Source of the DNA: Acidobacteriota bacterium
GTDB lineage: Bacteria > Acidobacteriota > UBA6911 > RPQK01 > JAJDTT01
Length of the DNA stretch: 64,000 nt
Reading direction: 5' to 3'
NCBI GenBank assembly: GCA_965219855.1
Contig: CBDCOR010000026.1
Location: forward strand, 134,372-198,371
The notes under the pieces were generated by a model. It made no database searches. It was given only the letters and a program-made list of their open reading frames with translations, and was not told where the DNA came from. Below, in pieces: positions 36,883-48,076 of the stretch. The position numbers and the translations under genes were made by a program. Position 1 is the stretch's first letter; every line of letters begins with the position of its first letter.

Positions 36883-39621
36883 ATGGCACCTAGTCTGAAC
36901 ACCTATGGTTCTAGATCTTCCCTGAAAACGAGCGGTGGAGAACTCGATTTTTTCGGTTTGGAAGCCCTCGAGAAGCGGGTGGGAGGAGTGAGTAGACTCC
37001 CGTTTTCCCTCAAGATCCTGCTGGAAGGGATGCTCCGCCACGAGGATGGAGTGGCGGTTTCCGCCGATGATATCGAATCTTTGGCGAGTTGGAGTCCAGG
37101 CAATTCTTCCAATCGTGAGATCGCCTTCAGGCCGGGGCGCGTCCTGCTGCAAGACTTCACCGGTGTTCCCAGTGTGGTGGACCTGGCCGCGATGAGGGAT
37201 GCCCTGGCGGAAATCGGCGGGCGGCCCGAGCGGATCAATCCCCTGGTTCCGGCCGAACTCGTGATCGATCATTCGGTTCAGGTGGATTTCTTTGGGACCG
37301 GGCGATCCTTTCAGCTCAACGTCGAGAAGGAGTTCGAACGAAATCGAGAGCGGTATGCCTTTTTGCGTTGGGGGCAGACGGCCTTCGACAATTTTCGAGT
37401 GGTGCCCCCGGCGACGGGAATCGTGCATCAAGTCAACCTGGAATATCTGGCCCGAGTCGTCCTCGAAACCGAGGAAAATGGCCGCCGTCTCTGCTTTCCG
37501 GACACTCTGGTGGGCACTGACAGCCACACCACCATGATCAATGGTTTGGGTGTTCTGGGTTGGGGAGTGGGCGGAATCGAGGCCGAAGCCGCCATGCTGG
37601 GGCAGCCCATCAGTCTGCTTGCACCGCAGGTGGTCGGATTCAAGCTCTACGGAAACCTACCCGAGGGAACCACCGCCACGGATCTGGTTCTGACCATTAC
37701 CCAGCGACTGCGAGAAAAGGGAGTAGTGGGCAAGTTCGTTGAGTTCTACGGCAGTGGTATTTCCAGTCTTTCCCTGGCAGACCGGGCAACGATCGGAAAC
37801 ATGTCTCCTGAATACGGCGCGACTTGTGCCCTTTTCCCCATCGATTCAGAGACCTCCAACTATCTGCGTCTCACGGCGCGCCCTCCGGAGCAGATCGAGC
37901 TGGTGGAGACCTACGCCAAGGCCCAGGGATGGTTTCATACCCCTGACAGTCCCGAGCCCGATTACAGCGAAACGCTGGAGCTCGACCTGAGCACGGTCGA
38001 ACCCAGTCTGGCTGGACCCAAGAGGCCTCAGGATCGCATCCCGCTGACACAAGCCAAGGTTGCCTTCGCGCAGGTGCTTCCCACGCTGGTCAAGTCTCCT
38101 TCCCCATCTGGAGTCGAAGAAGCCGAACCGGGGCAGAGTCCCGTTGGTCCCGGTGTGCTCGTGAACGTCCAGAGTGAGGACGGGGTTCCTGTAGCAGTCG
38201 AGTTGCGTCATGGGGCCGTCGTTATCGCCGCCATCACCAGCTGCACCAATACCTCCAATCCCTCGGTGATGATCGGGGCTGGTCTGCTGGCTCAGAAGGC
38301 GGTTGAGAGGGGCTTGAGGCGGAAGCCTTGGGTCAAGACGAGTCTGGCCCCGGGATCCAAGGTGGTCAGTGAATATCTGGAGACGGCCGGTTTGATGCCT
38401 TACCTGAGCCAGCTGGGATTCGATCTTGTGGGCTATGGTTGCACGACCTGCATCGGCAACAGCGGCCCTCTGCCTGAGTCCATCTCTGAGGCGGTCCGTG
38501 ATCATGATCTGGTGGTGTGCGCGGTCCTTTCAGGCAATCGCAATTTTGAAGGGCGCATCAATCCCGATGTCAGGGCCAACTATCTGGCTTCTCCGCCCCT
38601 GGTTGTGGCCTACGCCTTGGCCGGTTCAATGAACGTAGATCTCTACCGCGAGCCTCTGGGTCAGGACTCAGATGGGCGAGATGTCTTCTTCAAAGAGCTC
38701 TGGCCCTCCCAGCAGGAGGTCGAGGAGGCAATGGCAACGGCAGTCAGTCCGGAGATGTTTCGGCGGAAGTACCAGGATGTTTTCAGCGGCGACGAACGCT
38801 GGCAATCTCTTCCCAGTCCCAGCGGTCAGCGCTTTGCTTGGGAAGAACAGTCGACCTATGTGCGCAAGCCGTCGTTCTTCGAAGGAATGCGACCCGAACC
38901 CGATCCAATTCACGACATCACTGGGATGCGGGTGCTGGCTATGGTGGGTGATTCGGTAACCACGGATCATATTTCGCCGGCGGGAGCGATACCGAAAGGG
39001 GGCCCTGCAGGCAGTTATCTGCTGGATCAAGGTGTATCTGCGAGTGAGTTCAACTCCTTTGGCTCCCGTCGGGGAAACCACGAAGTGATGATGCGTGGGA
39101 CCTTCGGCAACATCCGGCTTCGCAATCTTCTGGTGCCTGGAATCGAAGGTGGATACACCCGTCACGCGTCTAGTGGCGAGCCCATTTCAATCTACGATGC
39201 CGCCATGAAATACCGTGACGAAGGGGTTTCCCTACTCGTGATTGCCGGCAAGGAATACGGTTCTGGATCCTCTCGGGATTGGGCCGCCAAGGGCACAAGC
39301 CTGCTCGGTGTCGAGGTGGTTCTGGCAGAGAGCTTCGAGCGCATCCATCGCAGCAACCTGATTGGGATAGGAGTCCTGCCCCTGGAGTTCGAGGAAGGCC
39401 AGAACCGGGAGAGCCTCGGCTTGAATGGTTCCGAGACCTATGATCTCCTGGGTCTCTCGAACGGTATGGAACCTGGCCAGAAGCTCAAGTTGCGGGTGAT
39501 TTCAGAAGACGGATCCGAAAGGGAGCTGAGTGTCAGGTCGCGAATCGATACTCCCAACGAGCTGATCTATTTCCAGCACAAGGGCATTCTTCCCTATGTG
39601 CTCAGAGCGAGCGCGTCCTAG
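36883..39621 (+). CDS. acnA: Aconitate hydratase A
   Basis: 912 aa; Fe-S cluster Cys ligands and AcnA/IRP-type motifs throughout ([25 protein letters not shown]). Confidence 0.9.
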   Translation: MAPSLNTYGSRSSLKTSGGELDFFGLEALEKRVGGVSRLPFSLKILLEGMLRHEDGVAVSADDIESLASWSPGNSSNREIAFRPGRVLLQDFTGVPSVVDLAAMRDALAEIGGRPERINPLVPAELVIDHSVQVDFFGTGRSFQLNVEKEFERNRERYAFLRWGQTAFDNFRVVPPATGIVHQVNLEYLARVVLETEENGRRLCFPDTLVGTDSHTTMINGLGVLGWGVGGIEAEAAMLGQPISLLAPQVVGFKLYGNLPEGTTATDLVLTITQRLREKGVVGKFVEFYGSGISSLSLADRATIGNMSPEYGATCALFPIDSETSNYLRLTARPPEQIELVETYAKAQGWFHTPDSPEPDYSETLELDLSTVEPSLAGPKRPQDRIPLTQAKVAFAQVLPTLVKSPSPSGVEEAEPGQSPVGPGVLVNVQSEDGVPVAVELRHGAVVIAAITSCTNTSNPSVMIGAGLLAQKAVERGLRRKPWVKTSLAPGSKVVSEYLETAGLMPYLSQLGFDLVGYGCTTCIGNSGPLPESISEAVRDHDLVVCAVLSGNRNFEGRINPDVRANYLASPPLVVAYALAGSMNVDLYREPLGQDSDGRDVFFKELWPSQQEVEEAMATAVSPEMFRRKYQDVFSGDERWQSLPSPSGQRFAWEEQSTYVRKPSFFEGMRPEPDPIHDITGMRVLAMVGDSVTTDHISPAGAIPKGGPAGSYLLDQGVSASEFNSFGSRRGNHEVMMRGTFGNIRLRNLLVPGIEGGYTRHASSGEPISIYDAAMKYRDEGVSLLVIAGKEYGSGSSRDWAAKGTSLLGVEVVLAESFERIHRSNLIGIGVLPLEFEEGQNRESLGLNGSETYDLLGLSNGMEPGQKLKLRVISEDGSERELSVRSRIDTPNELIYFQHKGILPYVLRASAS

Positions 39622-40357
39622 GGCTGTAAAAAGCAGCTTCGCATTACAGCATTTCATCTTCAAACCATCTTCGGCCGCTCTTCCAGGGTTCGCAGCGCTG
39701 TTGACTGCAGCTGTTTCCGGTACTCCTCACTGCTCACTGGATCACTCAGGGGAAAACTTTGGGTCCGGCGTAGCGGTGGGCTCCAGGCCGCCGTCCGAGC
39801 CAAAGGCTCGGAAAAATAAGACTTCGGCCTGGAGGCCAAATCTACATTCGCCAATGAAGTTTCAGCTTGGTGGCCCCCCAGCGGTGCTGTCCCATTCGAG
39901 AACGAAACTTTGGTTGTCTTTAGCCCGCATTTCTCATCGCTGGTCTACTGCGACGCCGCAATCATCCGCCCTGGCTGTGTTATGCTCGGTCGGCCTCCTC
40001 GACGTACTGTGCAAGTACGACTGCGGCGGCCTCGGTCGCAAGCCTTGCCAGGACGGCCCTTGCGGCGCCTCGCTACGACAAGCGATGAGAAATCCGGGTT
40101 AGCCACGAACATCGATAGCAGCATGCCCATCCTACGCCGGTCACTGCTCGATGAAGTTTCAGCTCAGACGAAAGGAAGAAATTGGGTCTAGCTCTGTTTC
40201 AACTTCGAGAGTATAATCTTGTCCCAAGGTCGGGAGGGTAGGAAGCCCGGTCTTTACTCTCGACTCATCCTAGTATCGGTCGGCCAGAGGGATCTGATAG
40301 TCTTAGGCGTACCAGGTTTTCCAACTGTCGAGTTTCGGTGCTGCCGCGGGGGACCAC
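39622..40357. repeat. Dense intergenic array of REP/MITE-like repeats (CTCACTG run, GGCCTCCAGGCC hairpin unit, AAGTTTCAG-ended ~300-bp unit)
   Basis: 39762-39860 matches 10404-10530 and 15245-15360. 39846-40170 matches 10222-10400. Confidence 0.8.
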
Positions 40358-41107
40358 GTGAGGAAGATCGATAGTGCCAGACGCCAGGGTCAGAAATCGG
40401 GGTCCAATCTCTATCTCCTGAAGCTCCCGTTACTATTTTTGTCTTTTTCTTTCCTGACCTCGGATCTGAGCGGACAGATCGCCAAATCGTTTACTGGCTG
40501 GAAGGCCCCAAGGTTGGATCCACCGATTGACGAGGTGGATTTGAGCCCGCTTTGGGACCTGGCCCAACAGCGGAGCACCGAGGTGCCAGAGGCCGAGCTC
40601 AGAACGTTGGTCTGGTCCAACTTCCGATTCCTGTTCTACAACAAATTGAATAGGGAGCGCTTCCTTGCGACTCCCAGACCAAACCTTGTCGTAAAGAAGA
40701 TCGTTGGTGTTTTGAACCTGAATGAAAGGTTGAGCCTCTTAATAGAAGAGGCCCGAAGAAGCTCCGACCGAGAAGCCTCCTGGAGAAAGAAGGCACAGCT
40801 CGTCAGCGAAATTGACCGATCGGCTCGGAAGCTGCGCAGTGCCTTTTCTCAGTACTTTGTGGATGAGGGATCTACTACCTATCGGATCAGGCTAGCCAGG
40901 ACAAAAGCAAAGCCGGTCCAGTTCAAGTACTGTTTGACCGAGTTGAATCATGTCAATATGTCTTTGACCAGAGAATTGGATCGTTACTTCTTCAATCCCG
41001 CCCCCGGTCTGGTGAGGCTGTCAGAATACCAGAGCAGCTCCATTGGCGTACTCTGTGAGTCGCTTGTGAGACTGTCCGTTTTTACCAAAAAGGTGCTACG
41101 GAACTAG
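40358..41107 (+). CDS. Hypothetical protein (start uncertain)
   Basis: Long ORF with no recognised domain. An N-terminal hydrophobic stretch (LLKLPLLFLSFSFL) suggests a signal or TM segment. Confidence 0.4.
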   Translation: MRKIDSARRQGQKSGSNLYLLKLPLLFLSFSFLTSDLSGQIAKSFTGWKAPRLDPPIDEVDLSPLWDLAQQRSTEVPEAELRTLVWSNFRFLFYNKLNRERFLATPRPNLVVKKIVGVLNLNERLSLLIEEARRSSDREASWRKKAQLVSEIDRSARKLRSAFSQYFVDEGSTTYRIRLARTKAKPVQFKYCLTELNHVNMSLTRELDRYFFNPAPGLVRLSEYQSSSIGVLCESLVRLSVFTKKVLRN

Positions 41108-41271
41108 TCCGGATCTCACCGGGCTTCGTGCGCCGTACTCGGCAGTCCGGGCCCCGAAGTCGTTGTCTCAGAGGGTGATCACTGGATCAATCCGGGATCG
41201 CTTGCGGGCTGGAATACGGTCAGGAGTGTCCCCATTGCGATTTTGCTGGGTGCTCAAGGACGAGGAGGACA

Positions 41272-43050
41272 ATGATGAAGTGCCTTAGAGTGCTCGGACT
41301 ACTGCTGCTCTTCTCCTCTCCTGCAATCCTGGCCAAGGACGACGACAGGCTGCAGGAGCACCTGCGTTATCTCTCTTCTGATGAGCTGATGGGGCGGGGG
41401 AATGATCGCCCCGAGATCGACATAGCTGCCAAGTATCTGGCAGAAGAGTTCCGGCGCTACGGGCTCACACCCTTCGGCGACGACGGAAGCTATTTTCAGC
41501 ATTTCTCGGTCAAGATGGGCCAAAAGAAGGGCCTGAAGAACTCCCTGACGGTCGAGCAGACCGACACGACTTTCCAGCTGTATCAGGATAGGGATTATCA
41601 GCTTCTGACTTTCGGAGCCCAGGACTGGATCCGTGGTCCGTTAGCATTCGCCGGTTTCGGTATCACGGCTCCAGAGCTCAACTATGACGACTATGCAAGC
41701 CTCGATGTGCGGGGAAAAATCGTCCTGGTGTTCGAGCATGAGCCTCAGGAGAATTCCCCCAATAGTCCGTTTCGTGGGCAGGAACTGACTCACTACGGGA
41801 CCGTCACCTACAAGGTCATGAATGCCAAGCAGAGAGGGGCTCTGGCGGTGATTCTACTGCCTGACAGATTCAGTCACCCCAGACCCGAAGACGCTCCTCC
41901 GGGATCGCCGGAGACGGTCGCTAATATGGGTATCCCGGCGGTAAGACTCTTCGATCCCTGGGGACGACGGCTGCTCGAAATGAGTGGTCGGGATCCCGGC
42001 GAGATCAATCTCTGGCTCCATATCCACCTGACGCCCTACTCGTTCGAGTTCGGCGATGTCTCAGTCGAGCTGGAGGCGGACGTTGTCGAGATCAGGCGCG
42101 AACTGAAGAACGTTCTCGGATTCGTCCGGGGGCAAACGGATGAAGTGATCGTCGTAGGGGCTCACTACGACCATCTGGGACTCCGGGATAACGCCTCCCT
42201 TGCCTTGGACAAGATCGGGGAGGTTCACAACGGGGCAGATGATAATGCGTCGGGGGTTTCCGGCTTACTGTTGTTGGCGGAAGAGCTCTCACTGATGTCT
42301 CCCCGACGGAGCCTTTTGTTCATCGCCTTCTCCGGGGAGGAGCTTGGCTTGTTAGGGTCAAAGTTCTATACAGAGCATCCTGTGGTTCCTTTGGAGAAGA
42401 CCGTTGCTATGGTAAATCTGGATATGATCGGACGTAGCGATGGCGATGTGCTCATTGGAGGCATCGGCACTGCATCCGTGTTTCGCCCGATCCTGGATGA
42501 TATCGGAGCCGACTATCCGTTGCGGTTCAAGTATTCGCAGACTCCCCGCGGGTCCAGCGATCACCTTTCCTTTGCCTCGAAGAGGGTTCCCGTACTCTTC
42601 TTCTTCTCAGGGCTACATCGCGACTATCACAAGCCCACGGACGATTGGGAGAAAATCAACCTGGTTCGCACTCGCCAGATCATCGGGGTAGTGCAGAAGC
42701 TGGTACTGCGTGTGGACCTGTTGGATCAGCCGCCCCAGTACGTCGATCTCCGCAGCGATCGCGTAAGCAGTCGGCGGCATCCCCAGTTCGGCTTTGTTCC
42801 GGATATGAGCTGGACTCTGGGCGGTGTCCGATTGGGTCGTGTTCTCGAGGACACGCCGGCCGAACGCGCGGGACTCGTGGGTGGGGACGTTTTGGTTCGA
42901 TTCGACGGAATCGAAGTCAACAATCTACGTGCTTTTCGATCCCTTCTGGAGGAAAAGAATCCCGGCGATCGGGTTGAGGTAGAGGTGGTCCGCCAGGGAA
43001 GCATAGAGAGTTTGACAGTCCAGCTGCAGCCCTCGGCGAACCCTAAATGA
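41272..43050 (+). CDS. Secreted M28 family aminopeptidase with PA domain and C-terminal PDZ domain
   Basis: Signal peptide; HYDHLG, NADDNASGVSGLLLLAEEL and MVNLDMIGR M28 motifs; C-terminal GVRLGRVLEDTPAERAGLVGGDVLVRFDG PDZ. Confidence 0.8.
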   Translation: MMKCLRVLGLLLLFSSPAILAKDDDRLQEHLRYLSSDELMGRGNDRPEIDIAAKYLAEEFRRYGLTPFGDDGSYFQHFSVKMGQKKGLKNSLTVEQTDTTFQLYQDRDYQLLTFGAQDWIRGPLAFAGFGITAPELNYDDYASLDVRGKIVLVFEHEPQENSPNSPFRGQELTHYGTVTYKVMNAKQRGALAVILLPDRFSHPRPEDAPPGSPETVANMGIPAVRLFDPWGRRLLEMSGRDPGEINLWLHIHLTPYSFEFGDVSVELEADVVEIRRELKNVLGFVRGQTDEVIVVGAHYDHLGLRDNASLALDKIGEVHNGADDNASGVSGLLLLAEELSLMSPRRSLLFIAFSGEELGLLGSKFYTEHPVVPLEKTVAMVNLDMIGRSDGDVLIGGIGTASVFRPILDDIGADYPLRFKYSQTPRGSSDHLSFASKRVPVLFFFSGLHRDYHKPTDDWEKINLVRTRQIIGVVQKLVLRVDLLDQPPQYVDLRSDRVSSRRHPQFGFVPDMSWTLGGVRLGRVLEDTPAERAGLVGGDVLVRFDGIEVNNLRAFRSLLEEKNPGDRVEVEVVRQGSIESLTVQLQPSANPK

Positions 43051-43603
43051 AGATTTCCTCGTCGGAGGATGCGTCCATCGACCTGCCTCGATTGGGGGTG
43101 GAGAGTAGGCGTGATAACGCTGCCAGAACCGCCCTCATCACTGCGGATACCTCGAGGGCTGGCTCCAGGATGGCCCGGTGGACCCGGAAAGTCTGGCGCG
43201 ACAGCTGGCTTAAGACTCTGTCTACTTGGCCGGATACCGGACTCAGATTGTCCCGCAGGACAGCCAGCGCCTGTTGCGTGGTGCGGTCCGCCTGCTGTAT
43301 CGCGGACCCTATCCGGGTGAGCTCTAGCGACAACCTCTCCTGGGCTGCCGTTACACCCCTTGCCACGCTCTGAATCTGAGTGAGAATTCCGGAAGTCAGC
43401 TGCAAGGCGTCTTCTACTCGTCGAGCAACCAGAGGCACTTGCTCTCTCAGTTTTTTCAGGTTTCTTGAAAACGTGAGACTGAAGATGAGATAGACGATCG
43501 CCTGGAAAATGACGATAGCCGCCATTGTGATGACACAAAAAGCCACCAGTTGCGGATTCTCTCCATTCATCGAGAATAACCCCCAGGTGCCTCCGCCGGA
43601 CAA
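43043..43603 (-). CDS. Hypothetical single-pass membrane protein with a long coiled-coil/helical C-terminus (DUF948/YtxG-like)
   Basis: A TM segment (VAFCVITMAAIVIFQAIVYLIF) is followed by helical heptad-like repeats. Assignment is by pattern only. Confidence 0.45.
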   Translation of the reverse strand: MSGGGTWGLFSMNGENPQLVAFCVITMAAIVIFQAIVYLIFSLTFSRNLKKLREQVPLVARRVEDALQLTSGILTQIQSVARGVTAAQERLSLELTRIGSAIQQADRTTQQALAVLRDNLSPVSGQVDRVLSQLSRQTFRVHRAILEPALEVSAVMRAVLAALSRLLSTPNRGRSMDASSDEEIFI

Positions 43604-43639
43604 CCCGACCGGAGTCAGGCTAGACAGCCGCAGCGGCCC

Positions 43640-43766
43640 TCAGAAAGCCGAGCGCCCAGAGCGCTCGAACCAACGCAGACGGATCACTCGAAATAGGATG
43701 TAGACCGAAAGGAAGACGTAAAATCCAGCGATCGATAACAAGACGGCTAAGACCGGCCAGCTACTC
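43640..43766 (-). CDS. Possible small membrane protein (42 aa); not in the ORF track
   Basis: Minus-strand ATG at 43766: MSSWPVLAVLLSIAGFYVFLSVYILFRVIRLRWFERSGRSAF. A hydrophobic helix; located upstream of the 43043-43603 gene. Confidence 0.25.
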
Positions 43767-43963
43767 ATGGGTCCTCTCGACTATCCCCTCCCCGATACCT
43801 GTTCTCTTTTCTCTATAACGGAATAGATGCATATCAAGTGCCAAAGTCGGCAAACAAAGTGCGTATTCCGGTGAAACCGGCCACCGAATCCGGAGCAAAC
43901 CGGCCGGGTCGGAGCGAAGCGACGCCGGAGGTTGATAATCATCTCCGAAGTGGCCGGTTTGAG

Positions 43964-44719
43964 TCAATCCACAGGAGTCTCTTGGGTTGAGAACACATCA
44001 TCTCGTCTCTCCTTTCCTGAGTGAGTTGCTGAGGCAAAGCTTGCTTCAGCAGAGTGTTGTTTCCATTGTTGCCTCAGAGTCTTCAGGCGACTCCTGAGAT
44101 AATCCCAGTATTGATCGGAGACAGGTTGTTGTCTCACTTCCTGGATTAGAGGTTCGAAGTAGCTCAGGGAAGTGATCGGTCCACCGGTGTGGCCGTTGAG
44201 CCAGGCGACGTGCTTGCGGGCGCAGCCGAGAAGCAGGGTCTGCTCGATCTGCCGCAAGGACAGGCCCTGGCGGTAGAGGCGAGCGGCCAGCTGCCGATCG
44301 GCCGGGGAGAAGGAGCACTGAACGCCAGGGGCATCGAGCAGCAGACAGGCCACCTGATCGAGGTATTGGGATTCGGCCGCTTCGGGCTCCTGGACGAGGG
44401 ATCTTTGGTAGGGCCAGAAGGCCTAGCTGATCTGGATGTGAGTGCGCTCGTGTTGATTGCGAGCGAGGCTGAGCTGAACTAGACCTCGGGACTGGAGTTC
44501 TCCCAGGTAGGTGAACAGGGAGCGGCGAGATTTGCGCAAGGCCGGAGCCAACTGGGTAGGCGAGACGGTCAGTTCGCCGGTGCAGCGATCCGCTTTCAGG
44601 CACAGATAGACAAAGAGTTTGAAGGCGCCGTCGCTGACGCTCTCCATCGCCTGTAGCAACGGAGCACCGGCGGCGGCGAACCAGCCACCTTGGACTTTCA
44701 ACTGCGGTGTTGGACTCAT
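43964..44719 (-). pseudogene. Passenger ORF inside the second IS21 element: winged-helix-like protein interrupted by one in-frame TAG (98 aa + stop + 22 codons + 129 aa)
   Basis: ORFs 44423-44719 and 43964-44353 are in the same phase, separated by a single TAG at 44420-44422. The N-terminal part FKLFVYLCLKADRCTGELTVSPTQLAPALRKSRRSLFTYLGELQSRGLV looks like a winged-helix DNA-binding domain. Confidence 0.45.
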
Positions 44720-45471
44720 GATTCGTCCTTTGCTTTGGTGGGAGGATGACGATGCCGGCGCATGGAAGCCCCTTCGAGCTCAATGCGGTAGGCATTATGG
44801 ACCAGACGATCCAGGATGGAATCAGCGGTGGTCGGATCTCCGATCTGCTCATGCCAATGGGCGACGGGAAGCTGGGAGGTCAGGATCGTGGATCGACTGT
44901 CGTAGCGATCCTCGCAGATCTCGTAGAAGTCCCGTCGCTCGCTCTCGGCCAAGGGATTCATGGCCCAGTCATCGACGATCAGCACGTCGGTGCGGGCGAT
45001 CTTACGCAGGAGCTTGTCGAGCGAGCCGTCGGCTCGAGCCAAAGCCAGATCGCGAAAGAGTCGAGCGGCACGAGTGTACAGAGCCGTCCACCCGTCGCGA
45101 GCGGCCTTCTGAGCAAAGGCACAGGCCAAGAAGGTTTTCCCGACTCCACAGGGACCGATGATCAGGAGATTGTGGTGGGTCTGGATCCAACGGCAGGTGG
45201 CGAGGCTGGCAATCAGCGAGCGATCCAGCCCCCGAGGTCGGCGATAGTTGACATCTTCCAGACAGGCCGAGAGCTTCAATCGGGCATTCTTCAGACGACG
45301 CTCCAAGGCCCGATTCTCTCGCCAGGTCCACTGCCGATCCACCAACAGGGCAAAGCGTTCTTCAAAGCTCAGTTGGGCCATCTCCGGGTCGGAGAGTTGC
45401 TCGGTGAAGGCCTCAGCCATGGCCCTGAGCCGCATGGCGTGAAGTTTTTCGACGGTGGGATTAACCAACAT
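44716..45471 (-). CDS. istB: IS21-family IstB helper ATPase (second element)
   Basis: IIGPCGVGKTFLACAFA is a Walker A motif; 251 aa. Confidence 0.8.
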   Translation of the reverse strand: MLVNPTVEKLHAMRLRAMAEAFTEQLSDPEMAQLSFEERFALLVDRQWTWRENRALERRLKNARLKLSACLEDVNYRRPRGLDRSLIASLATCRWIQTHHNLLIIGPCGVGKTFLACAFAQKAARDGWTALYTRAARLFRDLALARADGSLDKLLRKIARTDVLIVDDWAMNPLAESERRDFYEICEDRYDSRSTILTSQLPVAHWHEQIGDPTTADSILDRLVHNAYRIELEGASMRRHRHPPTKAKDES

Positions 45472-47032
45472 GAGAGGCTCCTTTCTCGCCTTCGAAGTAC
45501 TCGGCCCCTCGCACGTTGGCGTGCTCGATCGGAGGACGTTCCGGCAACGGTTGCGGTTCCGCTTGACGGTCCAGACCGTTCTTCAACATGGACTGGATAC
45601 TCTTGTAGGAGCAGGCCTGAAGTCGCAGGGCCCGACGGCAAGCCTGCTCCAAACGGTCTTCCCCAAAGCTGGAGCCCAGGCGCAGGATACCCAAGCAGGA
45701 GCGATAGCTTTGCTCGGGATAGCGACGGGATTGGAGGATCTTCTCGACCACCGATGCGGTATGGGGCCCGACTTTCTGAGCCCAGTGGATCAGACGCGAG
45801 GGTGACCACTCCAGATAGCGGCGATGGCATTCGGGCCGGTGCTCGTCCAAGGTCGTGGCCTTGCCCGGCTGATAGGAGCGACGGTGAGAGGTCACGCGGC
45901 GACCTTGATGGAAGATCTCCACGGTGGTGACGGTGGTGCGCAGCTCGACCTTCTGACCCACCAGGACATAAGGGACGCTGTAGTAGTGGCGGTCGAACTC
46001 GATGTGGTAATCGATGTTGACGCGGGCCTTCTTCCACTGGGCGAAGACGTAGCGTTGGGCCGGCAGGGGCCCCAGAGCCGGACGATCCAGGTCCTGGAAG
46101 CGCTGGCGGCGGTTGCCGGGGAGCTTGTGAAAGTTTCGAGTGTTGAGACGCTCCAGCAGCTCGGCAATGGCTTCGTTGAGCTCTCCCAGGGAAAAGAAGG
46201 TCCGGTGACGCAAGGCGGCCAAGATCCAGCGCTCGACGACTAACACACCCGACTCCGCCTTCGCTTTATCTCGAGGACGGCGCACTCGAGCCGGGATCAC
46301 CGCGACGCCGTAGTGCGAGGCCCAATCCGAATAGCTCGCATTGAGATCCGGTTCATAGCGACAGGGGCGATGGACCGCATCTTTGGTGTTGTCTGGAACC
46401 ACGACGCAGGGGCAACCCCCCAGGAACTCCAGAGCCCGAGTGTGGGCCGCGAGCCACGAGGGTAAGTCCTGCCTTAGGGAGGCTTCCGCATAGGTATAGT
46501 TGCTTGCCCCCAGCCCGGCCACGAAGATCGAGGCCTCTTGGGTTTCCCCCGTATGGCGATCCACGATCGGGACCGTGTCGCCGGCATAGTCCACGAAGAG
46601 CTTCTCGCCGGCCCGGTGTTCCTGCCGCAGCACCAGATCCAGCTTGCCCCGCCAGCGATGGTACAGATCGCAGAACTGACTGTACTGATAGCCCTCCGGA
46701 TACGCCTGCTTGTACTCATCCCAGAGCAGCATCAAGGTCACATGTTTGTGTCGGCAGCGCTCCTCATGGACGGTGGCGAAGTCGGGGAGGGGACGTTGCT
46801 CCGGGGGAGATTTACCCGTGGGAGGAAACACCCGGTTCTGAATCGCCCGGTCATCCCACCCCTCAGGGAGTGGCCAACTCAGACCGGCTCCTTGGGCCCG
46901 GCGCACATACTCTGCCACGGTGCTGCGCGCGAGGGCACAGCTACGGGCGATCTGCCGATCCGAAAGATGAAGCTGAAACTTCAGGCGTAGGACATTTTTG
47001 ATTTTGCGCATGGACTTCCTTTGGTTCGGCAC
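45461..47032 (-). CDS. istA: IS21-family IstA transposase (second element, 523 aa)
   Basis: N-terminal HTH plus a DDE core; only distantly related to the 498-aa IstA of copies A/B. Confidence 0.8.
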   Translation of the reverse strand: MPNQRKSMRKIKNVLRLKFQLHLSDRQIARSCALARSTVAEYVRRAQGAGLSWPLPEGWDDRAIQNRVFPPTGKSPPEQRPLPDFATVHEERCRHKHVTLMLLWDEYKQAYPEGYQYSQFCDLYHRWRGKLDLVLRQEHRAGEKLFVDYAGDTVPIVDRHTGETQEASIFVAGLGASNYTYAEASLRQDLPSWLAAHTRALEFLGGCPCVVVPDNTKDAVHRPCRYEPDLNASYSDWASHYGVAVIPARVRRPRDKAKAESGVLVVERWILAALRHRTFFSLGELNEAIAELLERLNTRNFHKLPGNRRQRFQDLDRPALGPLPAQRYVFAQWKKARVNIDYHIEFDRHYYSVPYVLVGQKVELRTTVTTVEIFHQGRRVTSHRRSYQPGKATTLDEHRPECHRRYLEWSPSRLIHWAQKVGPHTASVVEKILQSRRYPEQSYRSCLGILRLGSSFGEDRLEQACRRALRLQACSYKSIQSMLKNGLDRQAEPQPLPERPPIEHANVRGAEYFEGEKGASHVG

Positions 47033-47533
47033 GATCGCTCCTCCGAAAAGGAGTCATGGTACCGAAGGAGTCCAACGTCGCTTCCGTCCGCTCTGGAAAC
47101 CGATTCCGGGAAACCGGCCGCCTTTCCGGGAAACCGGCCACCCTTCCGGGAAATCGGCCACCCTTCCGGAAACCCCGTTTCTAGTGGCCGGTTTCCCGCC
47201 GGATTGGGTGGCCGGTTTGCTCCGGAATCAGTGGCCGGTTTGCTCCGGAATCAGTGGCCGGTTTGCTCTGGAATCACCGGCCGGTTTCGTCCGGAATACG
47301 CAAACAAAGTGGAAGGAATCCGAAATCCTGGCTCCAGTCGATCTCTGCTGTTTCGTTTTCCTCTCTCGCGAGGGGTTAAGGCGTCAGGTGAGCCGCCGGC
47401 CCGTGGTACCATTGAAGCAGGTCGGCGGCCGGAGATCTTCCAATGTGAGGACCTAGGAAGAGCGGTCTGCCCGGCTTCCCTTTTGGAATTGGTTGAAGAA
47501 GAATACCCTAGTAGCGATCGCGGTTTCTGACAG

Positions 47534-48076
47534 GTGGAGCTTCTGATGAGGACGGCTTCTCGAGTGCCAGAGCATCATCCTTTGAGAAGGCTCTTCTTGG
47601 GCCTCACTGATCGAGCCCTCACGCACACCTCCTTGAGAGACAGGGATATCCTCAAGTATCTAAGCAACCTGCTCATGTCCTTCATGTACGTAGAGAATCT
47701 CTACATGCTCAAGGACCAGAACGGGAAACGCCTCGAGTACCTGGTGGATATGTTGGAGCACGCCTCCCAGCAGGGTTCGGTGGTTGAGAGAAAGGGTTCG
47801 TACTAACAGATCGGTGACTATAGTTTGTTCGTTCTGGGCATGTTCCCGGAGAGCCTCGGTCAGGGGAGAGTAGCCCTCCCACCTTCCTACTACGCAGAAA
47901 CTGGCCGATGTAGTTACAGCGCCGCCAGTGAATTGGAGTCAGATCCGAAGACGACTGTTGTGTTCAAGAAGCTCGCGGGAAAGTTCGAGCGCTGCGTCTT
48001 GTCCTTGAACTGGGTAAAAGAGTATACCGGCGACCCCTTCTTTCAGTATATGCTGCGGCAGTTCGGTATCACCTGA
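47534..48076 (+). pseudogene. Hypothetical ~180-aa protein interrupted by a single in-frame TAA (47807-47809)
   Basis: ORFs 47534-47806 and 47825-48076 share a phase (2 mod 3) and are separated by one TAA plus 5 codons. No family recognised. Confidence 0.4.

Larger units (their letters stand above)
43862..47300 (-). mobile_element. Second, unrelated IS21-family element (~3.44 kb) with multi-repeat termini and an extra passenger region
   Basis: Perfect terminal inverted repeats CGTATTCCGG/CCGGAATACG. Flanking direct repeat CAAACAAAGTG (43851-43861 and 47301-47311; a target duplication of up to 11 bp). Three GGCCGGTTTGCTCCGGAATCA repeats at the right end and AAACCGGCC repeats at the left end. 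Confidence 0.8.

Noticed and set aside
43964-48076. Stop-codon reassignment (TAG or TAA read as sense)
   Set aside because: Confident genes in the window terminate with all three standard stops (atpA TAA, atpD TAG, uvrB TGA). Two isolated in-frame stops are better explained as nonsense mutations.
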